Of a DNA stretch of 64,000 bases, positions 52,360-61,568 are shown piece after piece. The DNA lies in contig JAEOSZ010000026.1 in NCBI GenBank assembly GCA_016840095.1, positions 1 to 64,000 on the forward strand. The letters run 5' to 3'. Both the position numbers and the translations under genes were made by a program. Under the pieces are notes generated by a model. It did no database searches and had not been told where the DNA came from. It saw only the letters and a program-made list of their open reading frames with translations. Position 1 is the first letter of the stretch. Each line of letters begins with the position of its first letter. The DNA comes from Candidatus Heimdallarchaeota archaeon (GTDB lineage Archaea; Asgardarchaeota; Heimdallarchaeia; Heimdallarchaeales; Heimdallarchaeaceae).

Positions 52360-53202
52360 TTACTCCTCTAGAGGTGAATAAGGTCCTGCTGTTTCTCCAC
52401 CATCAATGGCTATTGCTTGCCCTGTAATATATGCTGCTTCTGATGAAGCGAGGAAAGCAAACAGACTAGCAACTTCTTTTGGTTCTGCATGACGATTCAA
52501 TGGTATTTTTGAATTAACCTCTTCTAGCATTTCAGGAGTATATTCTGCTTTTTGCATAGGTGTAAGAACATAACCTGGGCAAATAGCATTTACTCTTAAC
52601 CATGGAGCAAATTCTAGAGCTAATGATTTAGCTAATAAAATGACGCCTGCTTTAGAACTGTTATAGTCTGTATATAGAGGATGACCTTCAATACCATTTG
52701 TTGATGCTGTTAAAAGAATTACTCCCGACTGTTGTTCTATCATTCTTGTTATTGCTTCCTTAGCACAAAGAAACATACCATCTAGATTTACTCGAAGAAC
52801 TTTAGACCATTGTTCATAATCAATTTTCAAAAATGGGTTTCGAAAGCTGATTCCTGCATTGGAGATTAAAATATCTAAACCACCTAAAATAGAATCAATT
52901 TCTTCAAAAACAGCTTTAACATCTTCTGGTTTACTAACATCAGCATAAATACATCCTTTGAACTCCGGATTATTTGAAAGTACCTTGTTTAACTCTTCTT
53001 TGTTCCAGTCAATAATGAGGACCCTTGATCCTTCGTTAACAAAACGTTGAGCTGTAGCTAAACCAATACCACTAGCTCCTCCAGTAATAACAACTCTCTT
53101 ATCTTCAAGATCTTTATACATGCCCATTTTGATCACTGTTCTGTACTTTAGATAATCATATTTTATCTTTTCCCACAAATAATTATGCTCAAAAGTGAAC
53201 AA
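52360..53202 (-). CDS. Short-chain dehydrogenase/reductase
   Basis: TGGASGIG, NAG, YNSSK. Likely start is MGMYKDL at 53127. Confidence 0.93.
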   Translation of the reverse strand: MFTFEHNYLWEKIKYDYLKYRTVIKMGMYKDLEDKRVVITGGASGIGLATAQRFVNEGSRVLIIDWNKEELNKVLSNNPEFKGCIYADVSKPEDVKAVFEEIDSILGGLDILISNAGISFRNPFLKIDYEQWSKVLRVNLDGMFLCAKEAITRMIEQQSGVILLTASTNGIEGHPLYTDYNSSKAGVILLAKSLALEFAPWLRVNAICPGYVLTPMQKAEYTPEMLEEVNSKIPLNRHAEPKEVASLFAFLASSEAAYITGQAIAIDGGETAGPYSPLEE

Positions 53203-53283
53203 ATGGATTGAAGTCTGATTCTTAATTTAATCGTTTGATAAAAGCAGAGAAAAAAGCTACCAGAAGCTCCAACAAAAATATAT

Positions 53284-53331
53284 ACGGAAATAATGTCGGA
53301 AAATATATCACGAAAATAATACGAAAATAAT
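53284..53331. repeat. Four imperfect ~11-nt direct repeats (ACGAAAATAAT)
   Basis: ACGGAAATAAT, TCGGAAAATAT, ACGAAAATAAT, ACGAAAATAAT in a divergent promoter region. Confidence 0.55.
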
Positions 53332-53389
53332 GCGTTTATTATAATGATTGCATAAAGTTTAATTATATCTATACATCTAATTACGCATT

Positions 53390-54385
53390 ATGAAAAAGCG
53401 AAATTTAATTGCAATCATAATGTCAGTAATAGGTGTAGCTTTCATTATTGCAGCAATGGTGCTTGTCTATGTCTACGGAAGAGGAGCTACAACTATTGAT
53501 TACATGATATCTGACTTCTTCTTGAATAATAGTTCGAGTACAGGTAATACTATTTTTGGTATAATTACGTATTTGGGAGAAGCAATAATTTACATCGCAA
53601 TTCTAGTAATATTGTATTATGTATGGGATAAGAAGAAAGCATTTAGAGCAATTGTTGCATTGGTTTCAGCAACAGTAGTAAATGCTTCAACAAAAGCAGC
53701 TTTCAAATTACCACGACCAGATGATACATTTGGACATACAATAGATGAAACAAGCTATGGTTTACCAAGTGGACACACTCAAATAAGTACAACCTTCTGG
53801 GGTGTTCTTGGATCCTTTGTTGTTAAATGGGGAATGTTGATCGTTTCCATTGTGCTTCCATTGTTGATTGCATTCTCTAGAATTTATCTAGTTGTTCATT
53901 GGTTTACTGATGTTCTAATGGGATTTGGAATAGGATTAATAATATTGGCTATTTTCCTAGTAGTTCTCAAACCCATAGAGAATTATTTTGAGAATAAATC
54001 AACAACAGCAAAAATAGTATGGAGCATTATAACTGGTATAGTATTTGCAACCCCTATAGTATTACTGCAGCTATTTCCTGTTCTAGAATTGGAAGCAATG
54101 TTTAGTAATCTGAGATACATTGTTGTTTTCATAACTGTTTCAATATCTTATGCAATAGAAGGTAAGGTTGTAGACTTTGATAACAAAATGGACAAATGGT
54201 GGAAAGGAATACTAAGAATTCTATTGGCAGTAATTGTTCTTGCAGGAGTTTTTCTATATGATATGTTCTTTGATCCTGATCCAGTAACAAATCTGAAAAT
54301 GATACTAGATTTAGTTGTTTATGCATTACTTGGACCAATAATTGTTCTATTACTACCTTGGATTATGAAGAAACTTAACCTATAA
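53390..54385 (+). CDS. PAP2-family membrane phosphatase
   Basis: K-x6-RP, PSGH, SRIYLVVHW..D; multiple TM helices. Confidence 0.9.
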   Translation: MKKRNLIAIIMSVIGVAFIIAAMVLVYVYGRGATTIDYMISDFFLNNSSSTGNTIFGIITYLGEAIIYIAILVILYYVWDKKKAFRAIVALVSATVVNASTKAAFKLPRPDDTFGHTIDETSYGLPSGHTQISTTFWGVLGSFVVKWGMLIVSIVLPLLIAFSRIYLVVHWFTDVLMGFGIGLIILAIFLVVLKPIENYFENKSTTAKIVWSIITGIVFATPIVLLQLFPVLELEAMFSNLRYIVVFITVSISYAIEGKVVDFDNKMDKWWKGILRILLAVIVLAGVFLYDMFFDPDPVTNLKMILDLVVYALLGPIIVLLLPWIMKKLNL

Positions 54386-54429
54386 TTCTAAATTTTCTCT
54401 TTTTTTTTTCTTTTCTTATTTTTAGAAAA

Positions 54430-55440
54430 TCAATCTTCAGAAGCTGATGTTTCTTCTTTAGTTTTTTTCTTTGGAAATATTCTGGGAAACCATGGAACCA
54501 TAGCACTAACTTCTTCCATAACTTGCTTGTAATGAGGTCTTCTTTCAAGTGAGCGAACATCCATAAGCCATGAACTGAAACGGAAAAAAGCAGCCATGAA
54601 TGCAGGTCCAACAAAAACGAGAACAACGGTTGGATACGATTTGTGAAAGCCTGCTGAAATGCCGAAGAACATAATGCCTATCCAGAACAAAACTTCTCCA
54701 AAGTAATTTGGGTGTCGAGAATATTTCCAGAGACCACCGCGAAAAATGCCACCCTTCTTGTATTCTTCTGTTGAGCGAAATCTTTTCAGTTGGATATCTG
54801 CAAAGAATTGAATTACAACAGCTGAAAGCGCTGCAATAATACCTAGAACGTCAAAGACGGAGAAAGGATTCTGTAGTCCTGCAGGAACATTAAGAGCAAG
54901 AATTCCAGGTGCCAAAGCAAAATAAACGAGAACTGTAGGGAATAGATGCATACCGAGGAGAGAATTTAACCAATAAGGTACTGGAAAGTCGCGCATTTTT
55001 TCATATCGCCAGTCTTCATGTTGTAATCCTGTACGCCATCCAGTCCACCTGTAGAAAATGTGATAACGAGCAGCCCATAAGAACAGACATACAACAATGA
55101 TTATGTGCCTGAAAGACCAAGGATTTGTAACTCCACCAGAGAACATTATTCCTAAAGCTAGTAAGGGCGGTGCAATGACCCAATAAGGATCATAAATTGA
55201 TGAATTGTTATTAATAATGGAGAAAATCCATATTACTGTGGTAGCTATGCAATTGGCAATTAAAGCAGTGTAAAAAGGGTTCGAAACCAGATTGTATCTC
55301 TGGAACAACCACCAAGTTAGTATTCCTACTGCAAGAGCTGAGATATAAGCACCATAACAATGAAGTGCAGAAACCTGTCTTACTGGAGGTTGCTTTAAAC
55401 TATGGTTTATTTCTGATGAAGTCATATAGGACTTTTTCAA
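54430..55440 (-). CDS. DUF1295 (steroid 5-alpha-reductase-like) membrane protein
   Basis: NSSIYDPYW, EDWRY, ADIQL, GLWKYSRHPNYFGE. Confidence 0.88.
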   Translation of the reverse strand: MKKSYMTSSEINHSLKQPPVRQVSALHCYGAYISALAVGILTWWLFQRYNLVSNPFYTALIANCIATTVIWIFSIINNNSSIYDPYWVIAPPLLALGIMFSGGVTNPWSFRHIIIVVCLFLWAARYHIFYRWTGWRTGLQHEDWRYEKMRDFPVPYWLNSLLGMHLFPTVLVYFALAPGILALNVPAGLQNPFSVFDVLGIIAALSAVVIQFFADIQLKRFRSTEEYKKGGIFRGGLWKYSRHPNYFGEVLFWIGIMFFGISAGFHKSYPTVVLVFVGPAFMAAFFRFSSWLMDVRSLERRPHYKQVMEEVSAMVPWFPRIFPKKKTKEETSASED

Positions 55441-55590
55441 TGTGTGCTGTATAAAAAACTTAAGTGCACAGAATCTGTTAAACTTTAGAATAGTAAATAC
55501 AAATTTTTAGAAATACTTGGGATTTCCTTTTAAAACCAATTTACAAGTTAAACACTTAATTCTAATTCAAGTTTTCTCCCGTTTTCCTTT

Positions 55591-56655
55591 TTATGTTTGC
55601 ACTACTTCCAATCCTCTATCCTGTTTGAGAATGTAAGCTTCGCCTCCCCCATCTTTAATGGCTTTTGCAACTTCTATCTCTTTTCCCGGAGAATAAGCCA
55701 AGAATGACCCTCCGTTACCACTCCCTAAAAGTTTACAACCTAATGATCCTGCATTCCTTGCTATTTGGATTAAGTCTTGCATTTTCTGTGTAACATTTTC
55801 AAAATAATTTTGTTGAAAGTGATGATGACGATTAATCAAATCAGCAAACCCTTCTGTTTTCAATACATGATTTTTCATTTTGTGATATCCACTTCTTACT
55901 ATATCTCTAATGCCCATTATTGCAACAAGCTTCTGTAATCCTGTATCTTTAGATTCCTGAAATACTTGAAGTACATCATTAAAAGGTGAAGATTTCAAAT
56001 CAAATGAATTATCTCTCTCTTTCATTATCCTTATCCCTAAATATATTTCTTCCTTCCTTCTTCTAATTGTTTGAAGAGTTTCCTTCTTTGTCAGAGTATC
56101 CCCTATTACTATTCCTTGTAATTTAGAACTAAGTCTTTCCAAGTTGTAAGGTTCTCTGCATTCAAGATAAAGCATTTCTCCAAAAACACTTGCATATTGA
56201 TCCATCATTCCTCCTGGTTCTCCTAAATTAACAACTTCTGCTAGATAAGCATTCCATGCTAGTTCATTAGTTTTTAAATTTAGATTTGCAGCTTTATCAA
56301 AAAAGCCAACCAAAGCAGAGCAAAAGGCTGAAGAGGAAGATATTCCTTTTCCAATTAGTATATCAGAAGTGACTTTAATATTTGCACCAAAATCTTTGGG
56401 CAAGTGTTCTTGAAACAAATTGAAAACAGAACGGATATAATCTCTTTTTTCTTTTAGTAGTTGTTTTTCATTCTTAAAATGTAATTTTTCTTGTAAATCA
56501 ACCAAATCAAAGTAAATTGATCCACTATTATTTATCTCTCCTTTAACTTCTATTCTCTGGTTGATTGCAATTGTGATAACTTCCAGATTCATATAATCTA
56601 CATCCTCACCAAAAAGGCAGACTCGTCCTGGTGAAGAAGAAATTATCTCTTTCAT
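55591..56655 (-). CDS. GHMP kinase (galactokinase-like)
   Basis: SPGRVCLFGE.VDY, GKGISSSSA, GGMMDQ, GSGNGG. Confidence 0.88.
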   Translation of the reverse strand: MKEIISSSPGRVCLFGEDVDYMNLEVITIAINQRIEVKGEINNSGSIYFDLVDLQEKLHFKNEKQLLKEKRDYIRSVFNLFQEHLPKDFGANIKVTSDILIGKGISSSSAFCSALVGFFDKAANLNLKTNELAWNAYLAEVVNLGEPGGMMDQYASVFGEMLYLECREPYNLERLSSKLQGIVIGDTLTKKETLQTIRRRKEEIYLGIRIMKERDNSFDLKSSPFNDVLQVFQESKDTGLQKLVAIMGIRDIVRSGYHKMKNHVLKTEGFADLINRHHHFQQNYFENVTQKMQDLIQIARNAGSLGCKLLGSGNGGSFLAYSPGKEIEVAKAIKDGGGEAYILKQDRGLEVVQT

Positions 56656-56657
56656 CC

Positions 56658-57998
56658 CTATTCATTCCATTTTTTCTGATATTTTACTGCTGCTCTCTTT
56701 ACCTTCTCAATGTCAATAGTTAGATAGTTACCATCTTGATATACGATCTTTCCATCTATCATGGTCATGGTTACATCTTTTCCACTGGCTGAATAGATCA
56801 AATGAGAAATTGGGTTGTAAAATGGATATGAATTAACTTCATTGGTATCAACCAAGATTAGATCAGCTTTCTTACCTACTTCGACAGAACCTATTTCGTT
56901 TTCCCAATTTATAGCTTGGGCCCCTTCAATTGTAGCCATTTTTAGAACCTTCTCTGCAGGAAGAGCAAGTTCATCTAGATGTTTTACTTTCTGCAAGAAT
57001 GTAGCTAAACGCATATCGTGAAACATATCAAAATTATTATTGCAGGGAGGTCCATCAGTTCCAATTCCTACAATGACTCCCATATCTTGATATCTTAACA
57101 CATCACATATTCCAGATGCCAGTTTACAATTGCTACTTGGATTATGTGTTATCCTAGTTTCTGTTTGTTTAACAATTTCATATTCTTCATCATCTAACCA
57201 AATTCCATGAGCTAGAATGGTTTCAGGACCTAATGCATTTAGTTTTTTTAGAGATCTGAAATAGCTTTCTCCGTACATCTTTACAACTGCATCACATTCC
57301 GCTTGTGATTCAGACGCATGAGAATGAATCATTAAGTCGTCATATTCGTCTCTAGTTTCAACAATCATTTTCATTAATTTGGGAGAACAAGAAAGGAGAA
57401 ACCTTGCATTCAATGTATATTTTATCCTACCATTTTGTGTTTGATGATATTCATCTATCTGCTTTCTAGTGCTTTCAATGACAGTTTCAGCATCTTCACG
57501 AACAATCTCAGCAAAATCATTATTATAATCCATTAGCATTTTTCCAATTCTTGCTCTAATTCCAATTTCCTTTGCTGCTTTAATTCCCTTAATTGAATCA
57601 TGAGTTGTAAGCATATCATTTGTAGTAGTTGTACCAGTTCTTATCATCTCTGCAAAACCAAGAAGTGATGAATTATATACCTCTTCAGAAGTGAAACGTG
57701 CTTCTCCAGGTAAGACCACTTTTTTTAACCAATCTAGTAGTGCATAATCATCAGCTTTACCTCTCAAAAATGTTTGAATACTGTGACTATGAGTATTAAC
57801 TAAACCAGGAAGTAATATTTTGTTTGAACCTTCTATTATCTTTGAAGCTGAATAATCTTGGTTTATTTCTTTCTTTGTTCCTACGCCTTGAATTATACCG
57901 TTGGAAATGAAAATTGCTGCATCTTTGATAACCCTATTTGAAGGGTCACAAGTAACTAATGTATCTGCTTCTAAAATAGTATCTTTCAACTTGACCAT
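56658..57998 (-). CDS. Amidohydrolase (MTA/SAH- or guanine-deaminase-like)
   Basis: PGLVNTHSH, HASE, LAHG, GTDG, GKKADL. Start reset to MVKLKD. Confidence 0.9.
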   Translation of the reverse strand: MVKLKDTILEADTLVTCDPSNRVIKDAAIFISNGIIQGVGTKKEINQDYSASKIIEGSNKILLPGLVNTHSHSIQTFLRGKADDYALLDWLKKVVLPGEARFTSEEVYNSSLLGFAEMIRTGTTTTNDMLTTHDSIKGIKAAKEIGIRARIGKMLMDYNNDFAEIVREDAETVIESTRKQIDEYHQTQNGRIKYTLNARFLLSCSPKLMKMIVETRDEYDDLMIHSHASESQAECDAVVKMYGESYFRSLKKLNALGPETILAHGIWLDDEEYEIVKQTETRITHNPSSNCKLASGICDVLRYQDMGVIVGIGTDGPPCNNNFDMFHDMRLATFLQKVKHLDELALPAEKVLKMATIEGAQAINWENEIGSVEVGKKADLILVDTNEVNSYPFYNPISHLIYSASGKDVTMTMIDGKIVYQDGNYLTIDIEKVKRAAVKYQKKWNE

Positions 57999-58057
57999 TT
58001 TTTTAATAGGGCATAGCTTAATAAATCCTCTTTTTTTTGTATTTTTGTAGAAAAAAA

Positions 58058-58699
58058 ATGTTAGATGATGAATTAGCAAAACTGACTGAGGAAATCATCA
58101 TATGTGAATCTTGTCATCTTAAAGACAGCCGAACTAAAGTTGTTCCAGGTATCTATGGTCCAAAGAATGGACTTTGTATTATAGGGGAAGCACCTGGGTT
58201 TAATGAAGATAAACAAGGAGAACCTTTTGTTGGTAGATCAGGAAAACTGTTAGATAGTATGCTGACAGATATTGGTCTAGAAAGAAAAAGAGACGTCAGT
58301 ATTCTTAATGTAGTTAAATGTCGACCAACAACAGAGAATAAAGAAAACAGAACCCCCACAAACTCTGAATTGAAATTTTGTGGTGAGAGATGGTTGTTTA
58401 AGCAACTGAAGTTGCTCTCGCCTAAATTAATTGTAACAATTGGGTCTATAGCTTTGAGATTTTTCATTCCTTCAGCTGCAGTTACTAAATACGTTGGAAA
58501 ATCTTATGACACTGATTATGGAATAAAATTATTTGTTACTTATCATCCTGCATATATTCTGCGCAATTATAATCTAATGGAAGTTTATAATCAACATTTT
58601 GAAGATATGAAGAAAATCTACATTGATATCTTAAACCAAGATGGGATAACCTTTAAGGAAAAACCAAGTGAACAAAAATCTTTGACAGACTTTCTGTAG
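58058..58699 (+). CDS. udg: Family 4 uracil-DNA glycosylase
   Basis: CxxC, GEAPG..ED..G.PFVG.SG, NVVKCRP, YHPA. Start reset to MLDDE. Confidence 0.93.
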   Translation: MLDDELAKLTEEIIICESCHLKDSRTKVVPGIYGPKNGLCIIGEAPGFNEDKQGEPFVGRSGKLLDSMLTDIGLERKRDVSILNVVKCRPTTENKENRTPTNSELKFCGERWLFKQLKLLSPKLIVTIGSIALRFFIPSAAVTKYVGKSYDTDYGIKLFVTYHPAYILRNYNLMEVYNQHFEDMKKIYIDILNQDGITFKEKPSEQKSLTDFL

Positions 58700-58772
58700 A
58701 TTTCTTTGAGCTTCACACCGATTTTTTTCAAAGAGAGAATCATTTATAATTAGAATAAAGACCAATTAAGTA

Positions 58773-60161
58773 ATGAGTAAAAAGTCTAAATTATTTGGGA
58801 CTGCTGGAATAAGAGGTCGTTTTGGAACCAAAGTTACTGCTGGGCTTGTCATTCAAGTAAGTCAGGCAGTTGCGCAAATCTATTCTTCAGAGGGAATTCT
58901 TGTTGGTCATGATGCAAGGACTTCATCTGAAGCTTTAAGCCAATTTGCTACTGCGTCTCTTTCATTAGCAGGAGCTAAGGTTCATAAAATTGGTTTGTGC
59001 ACATTTCCTGTTATTGCCAACTTAACATTAAGCACTAAACATACTGTAGCTATCTATATTACAGCATCTCACAACCCACCAACTGATAATGGAATTAAGG
59101 TACTTAGAAACGGGAGAGAATTTACTCTTCAAGAACAAGATCAAATAGAAGAATCAATTTTCAAAAGTGGGAAAAGTTTAGATCGAATCAATCACGAAGA
59201 GTGGAATAAAATTATTCCACAATTTGGAGTACTTGATGCAAACAATCAATATTTCAAGAGAATCACTCAAAAGATTAAAATGGATGGAAGCGGAAGAAGA
59301 GTAATTCTAGATTGTGCAAACGGTCCAATGGCAGAGCTTGCACCACTAATATTAACACATTATGGCTTTTCACCAACAACGATTAATTCACATATAGACG
59401 GTTCTTTTCCAGGAAGGCTTGCAGAACCTAGTCCAGAAAATCTTACAACACTAATAGATCTTTGTAAGAAAGAAAGGGTTCTGGGAGTAGCTTTTGACGG
59501 TGATGGCGATAGGTTAGCTATTATAGATGAATTAGGTCAATTTGTTGAACTATCAAGAATCAACGCTCTATTGGCAACTTATGCTATTGAAGAAGAAGGA
59601 CCAGGAAAAGTAATTGTTAGTATTGATTCATCAACTACAATTGATAAAACTGTTGAAAAAATCGGGGGAGAAGTCATAAGAACAAATTTAGGTGAGCTTC
59701 ACACAAAAGGTAAAGAACTTCTTGAAGCTAATGAGAAAGTTGTTTTTGCAGCTGAACCCTGGAAACCTATTTTTCCTAAATGGGGTTTTTGGATAGATGG
59801 TTTATATTCACTAATTAAAATTTTGAAAGTGATTACAAGTGCTCAAACTACTGTTTCTGAAATAATTAAAGCTATTCCATTACATATTGCAAAGAGAACA
59901 GCATATATGGTAGATCAGGAAAGAGCTGAGGTTATTTTTGATGAATGTAAAGCTAAGCTCAAAGTTTCTCTTGAAAATGAAAGAAAAAGAGAACTAACCA
60001 TTGATGGTTTGCGCTATGATATGGATGACAGCACATGGGTCTTGATAAGAAAGTCAGGAACAGAACCTAAGATTAGAATTTATTATGAAGCTCCTACTGA
60101 AGAACGTTTTGAGTGGATTGAAAATATTGTTAAAGACTTAGAGAAAATAATCAAAGATTAG
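58773..60161 (+). CDS. Phosphohexomutase (PGM/PMM family)
   Basis: LFGTAGIRG, TASHNP, FDGDGDR, RKSGTEP. Confidence 0.93.
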   Translation: MSKKSKLFGTAGIRGRFGTKVTAGLVIQVSQAVAQIYSSEGILVGHDARTSSEALSQFATASLSLAGAKVHKIGLCTFPVIANLTLSTKHTVAIYITASHNPPTDNGIKVLRNGREFTLQEQDQIEESIFKSGKSLDRINHEEWNKIIPQFGVLDANNQYFKRITQKIKMDGSGRRVILDCANGPMAELAPLILTHYGFSPTTINSHIDGSFPGRLAEPSPENLTTLIDLCKKERVLGVAFDGDGDRLAIIDELGQFVELSRINALLATYAIEEEGPGKVIVSIDSSTTIDKTVEKIGGEVIRTNLGELHTKGKELLEANEKVVFAAEPWKPIFPKWGFWIDGLYSLIKILKVITSAQTTVSEIIKAIPLHIAKRTAYMVDQERAEVIFDECKAKLKVSLENERKRELTIDGLRYDMDDSTWVLIRKSGTEPKIRIYYEAPTEERFEWIENIVKDLEKIIKD

Positions 60162-60547
60162 TGAGATATATGGTATCAGAAATAATAAACGAGGAATTGA
60201 GACTAACTTATGAAAGGCTTAGAATGACTTTAGTAATTCTGTTCTTTTGGGTTATTCTAACTACTTTGGATATAACAGGAATAATAAACTTAGAAGGAAA
60301 CGGAAATAACTTTCTGGTCTATGCTATTATGGCAGCTTCAGCTATCATTTTCCTAATACTTGCTTTAGGTATCCAAGCAGAACCACTTATCAAACAAGTG
60401 ATAAAAAATAGAAAAGAAATCGATAAGTTTTGGGAATCTGAAGAAAAACTAAAACCAAGTATAGAAAAGCGAACAAAAATTAGTGAAATAATTTTGATTT
60501 TTGCTATATTAATAATGATGGTATCTTTACTGTTTATAACAGTGTAA
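60161..60547 (+). CDS. Small membrane protein (3 TM)
   Basis: Three hydrophobic segments; abuts the mutase stop codon. Confidence 0.65.
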   Translation: MRYMVSEIINEELRLTYERLRMTLVILFFWVILTTLDITGIINLEGNGNNFLVYAIMAASAIIFLILALGIQAEPLIKQVIKNRKEIDKFWESEEKLKPSIEKRTKISEIILIFAILIMMVSLLFITV

Positions 60548-60796
60548 ACTCGGTAATCTTTACCTATCAAGGTGAGGCGATTCTAGCTAAACAAACCAAC
60601 TTTTTTTCCTTTAAAGAGTCAATCAATTAATTAATAAACCACCTTCTTGGAAGTTCTAGTAAATCTTCCAGTCGAAAAAGAGGGGTTTTGAAAGAACCAG
60701 AGGTCACTGAAAGTATTTAGCACCTTATTAGAAGGATTTATTGTGACCTAGGTGAAGGAAATATCTTTATTTACTATTAGATTTTGATATACTTGA

Positions 60797-61558
60797 ATGG
60801 CTAAAAATAATCCCTCAGATTTTGCTATTTTTTTTGATGATGGAGGAGTAATGAATGATAATAAATTACGAGGTATTCAATGGCAAAAGCTAGTGGGAGA
60901 ATATTTCTCACCCAAGTATAGTGGTGAACCACATAGGTGGGCTGAAGCAAACTTCGTATTTATTACTGATTTTATTGCTGAGGAAAGTATCTCTATTGAA
61001 AAAGGAGAGATAACTGACTACAATGATTATTATTCCAAATTTCAAAGCAGATGGGTAACTAACATGTTTGATTATGTAGGTGTAAAAATACCTCCTAAAG
61101 AGATCCACTCAAAAATTTATTTCGAAGCTATTAATTTTATTACTCCAAATGTAAAAGCTTCTTTTCCAGGAGTTGTTGAAGTTATTAAGCATCTGCACAA
61201 ACTTGGATTTAGACTATTTACAGCTTCAGCTGAACATTCAACTGAGCTAAAAGGATACCTAAGGGGGATGAGAGTAATAGACAATTTTGAAAACTACTAT
61301 GGACCAGATTTGATAAATACTCACAAAAGTATGGATAATTTCTATAAGAACATGTTCGCTGACATCAACCTAGATCCCAACAAAGCAATAATTATAGAAG
61401 ATAATCCTAGATATTTGGAAACTGCTGAACAAAGTGGTGCTAATGTGATTCAAGCATGTTTGGCAAGGGAGTATGAACCAAAATACCAATATTTCTTTGA
61501 ATTTATGCAAGAATTACCAGAATTAATAATAAAAATAATCAAAAAAATAAAAAAATAA
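60797..61558 (+). CDS. HAD-superfamily hydrolase
   Basis: FFDDGGV motif I, FPGV, TAS, IIEDN. Confidence 0.85.
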   Translation: MAKNNPSDFAIFFDDGGVMNDNKLRGIQWQKLVGEYFSPKYSGEPHRWAEANFVFITDFIAEESISIEKGEITDYNDYYSKFQSRWVTNMFDYVGVKIPPKEIHSKIYFEAINFITPNVKASFPGVVEVIKHLHKLGFRLFTASAEHSTELKGYLRGMRVIDNFENYYGPDLINTHKSMDNFYKNMFADINLDPNKAIIIEDNPRYLETAEQSGANVIQACLAREYEPKYQYFFEFMQELPELIIKIIKKIKK

Positions 61559-61568
61559 AGAAAAGGAA

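Noticed and set aside
57999-58079. Head-to-head overlap of the amidohydrolase and UDG ORFs
   Set aside because: Artifact of longest-ORF starts; starts at 57998 and 58058 remove the overlap.
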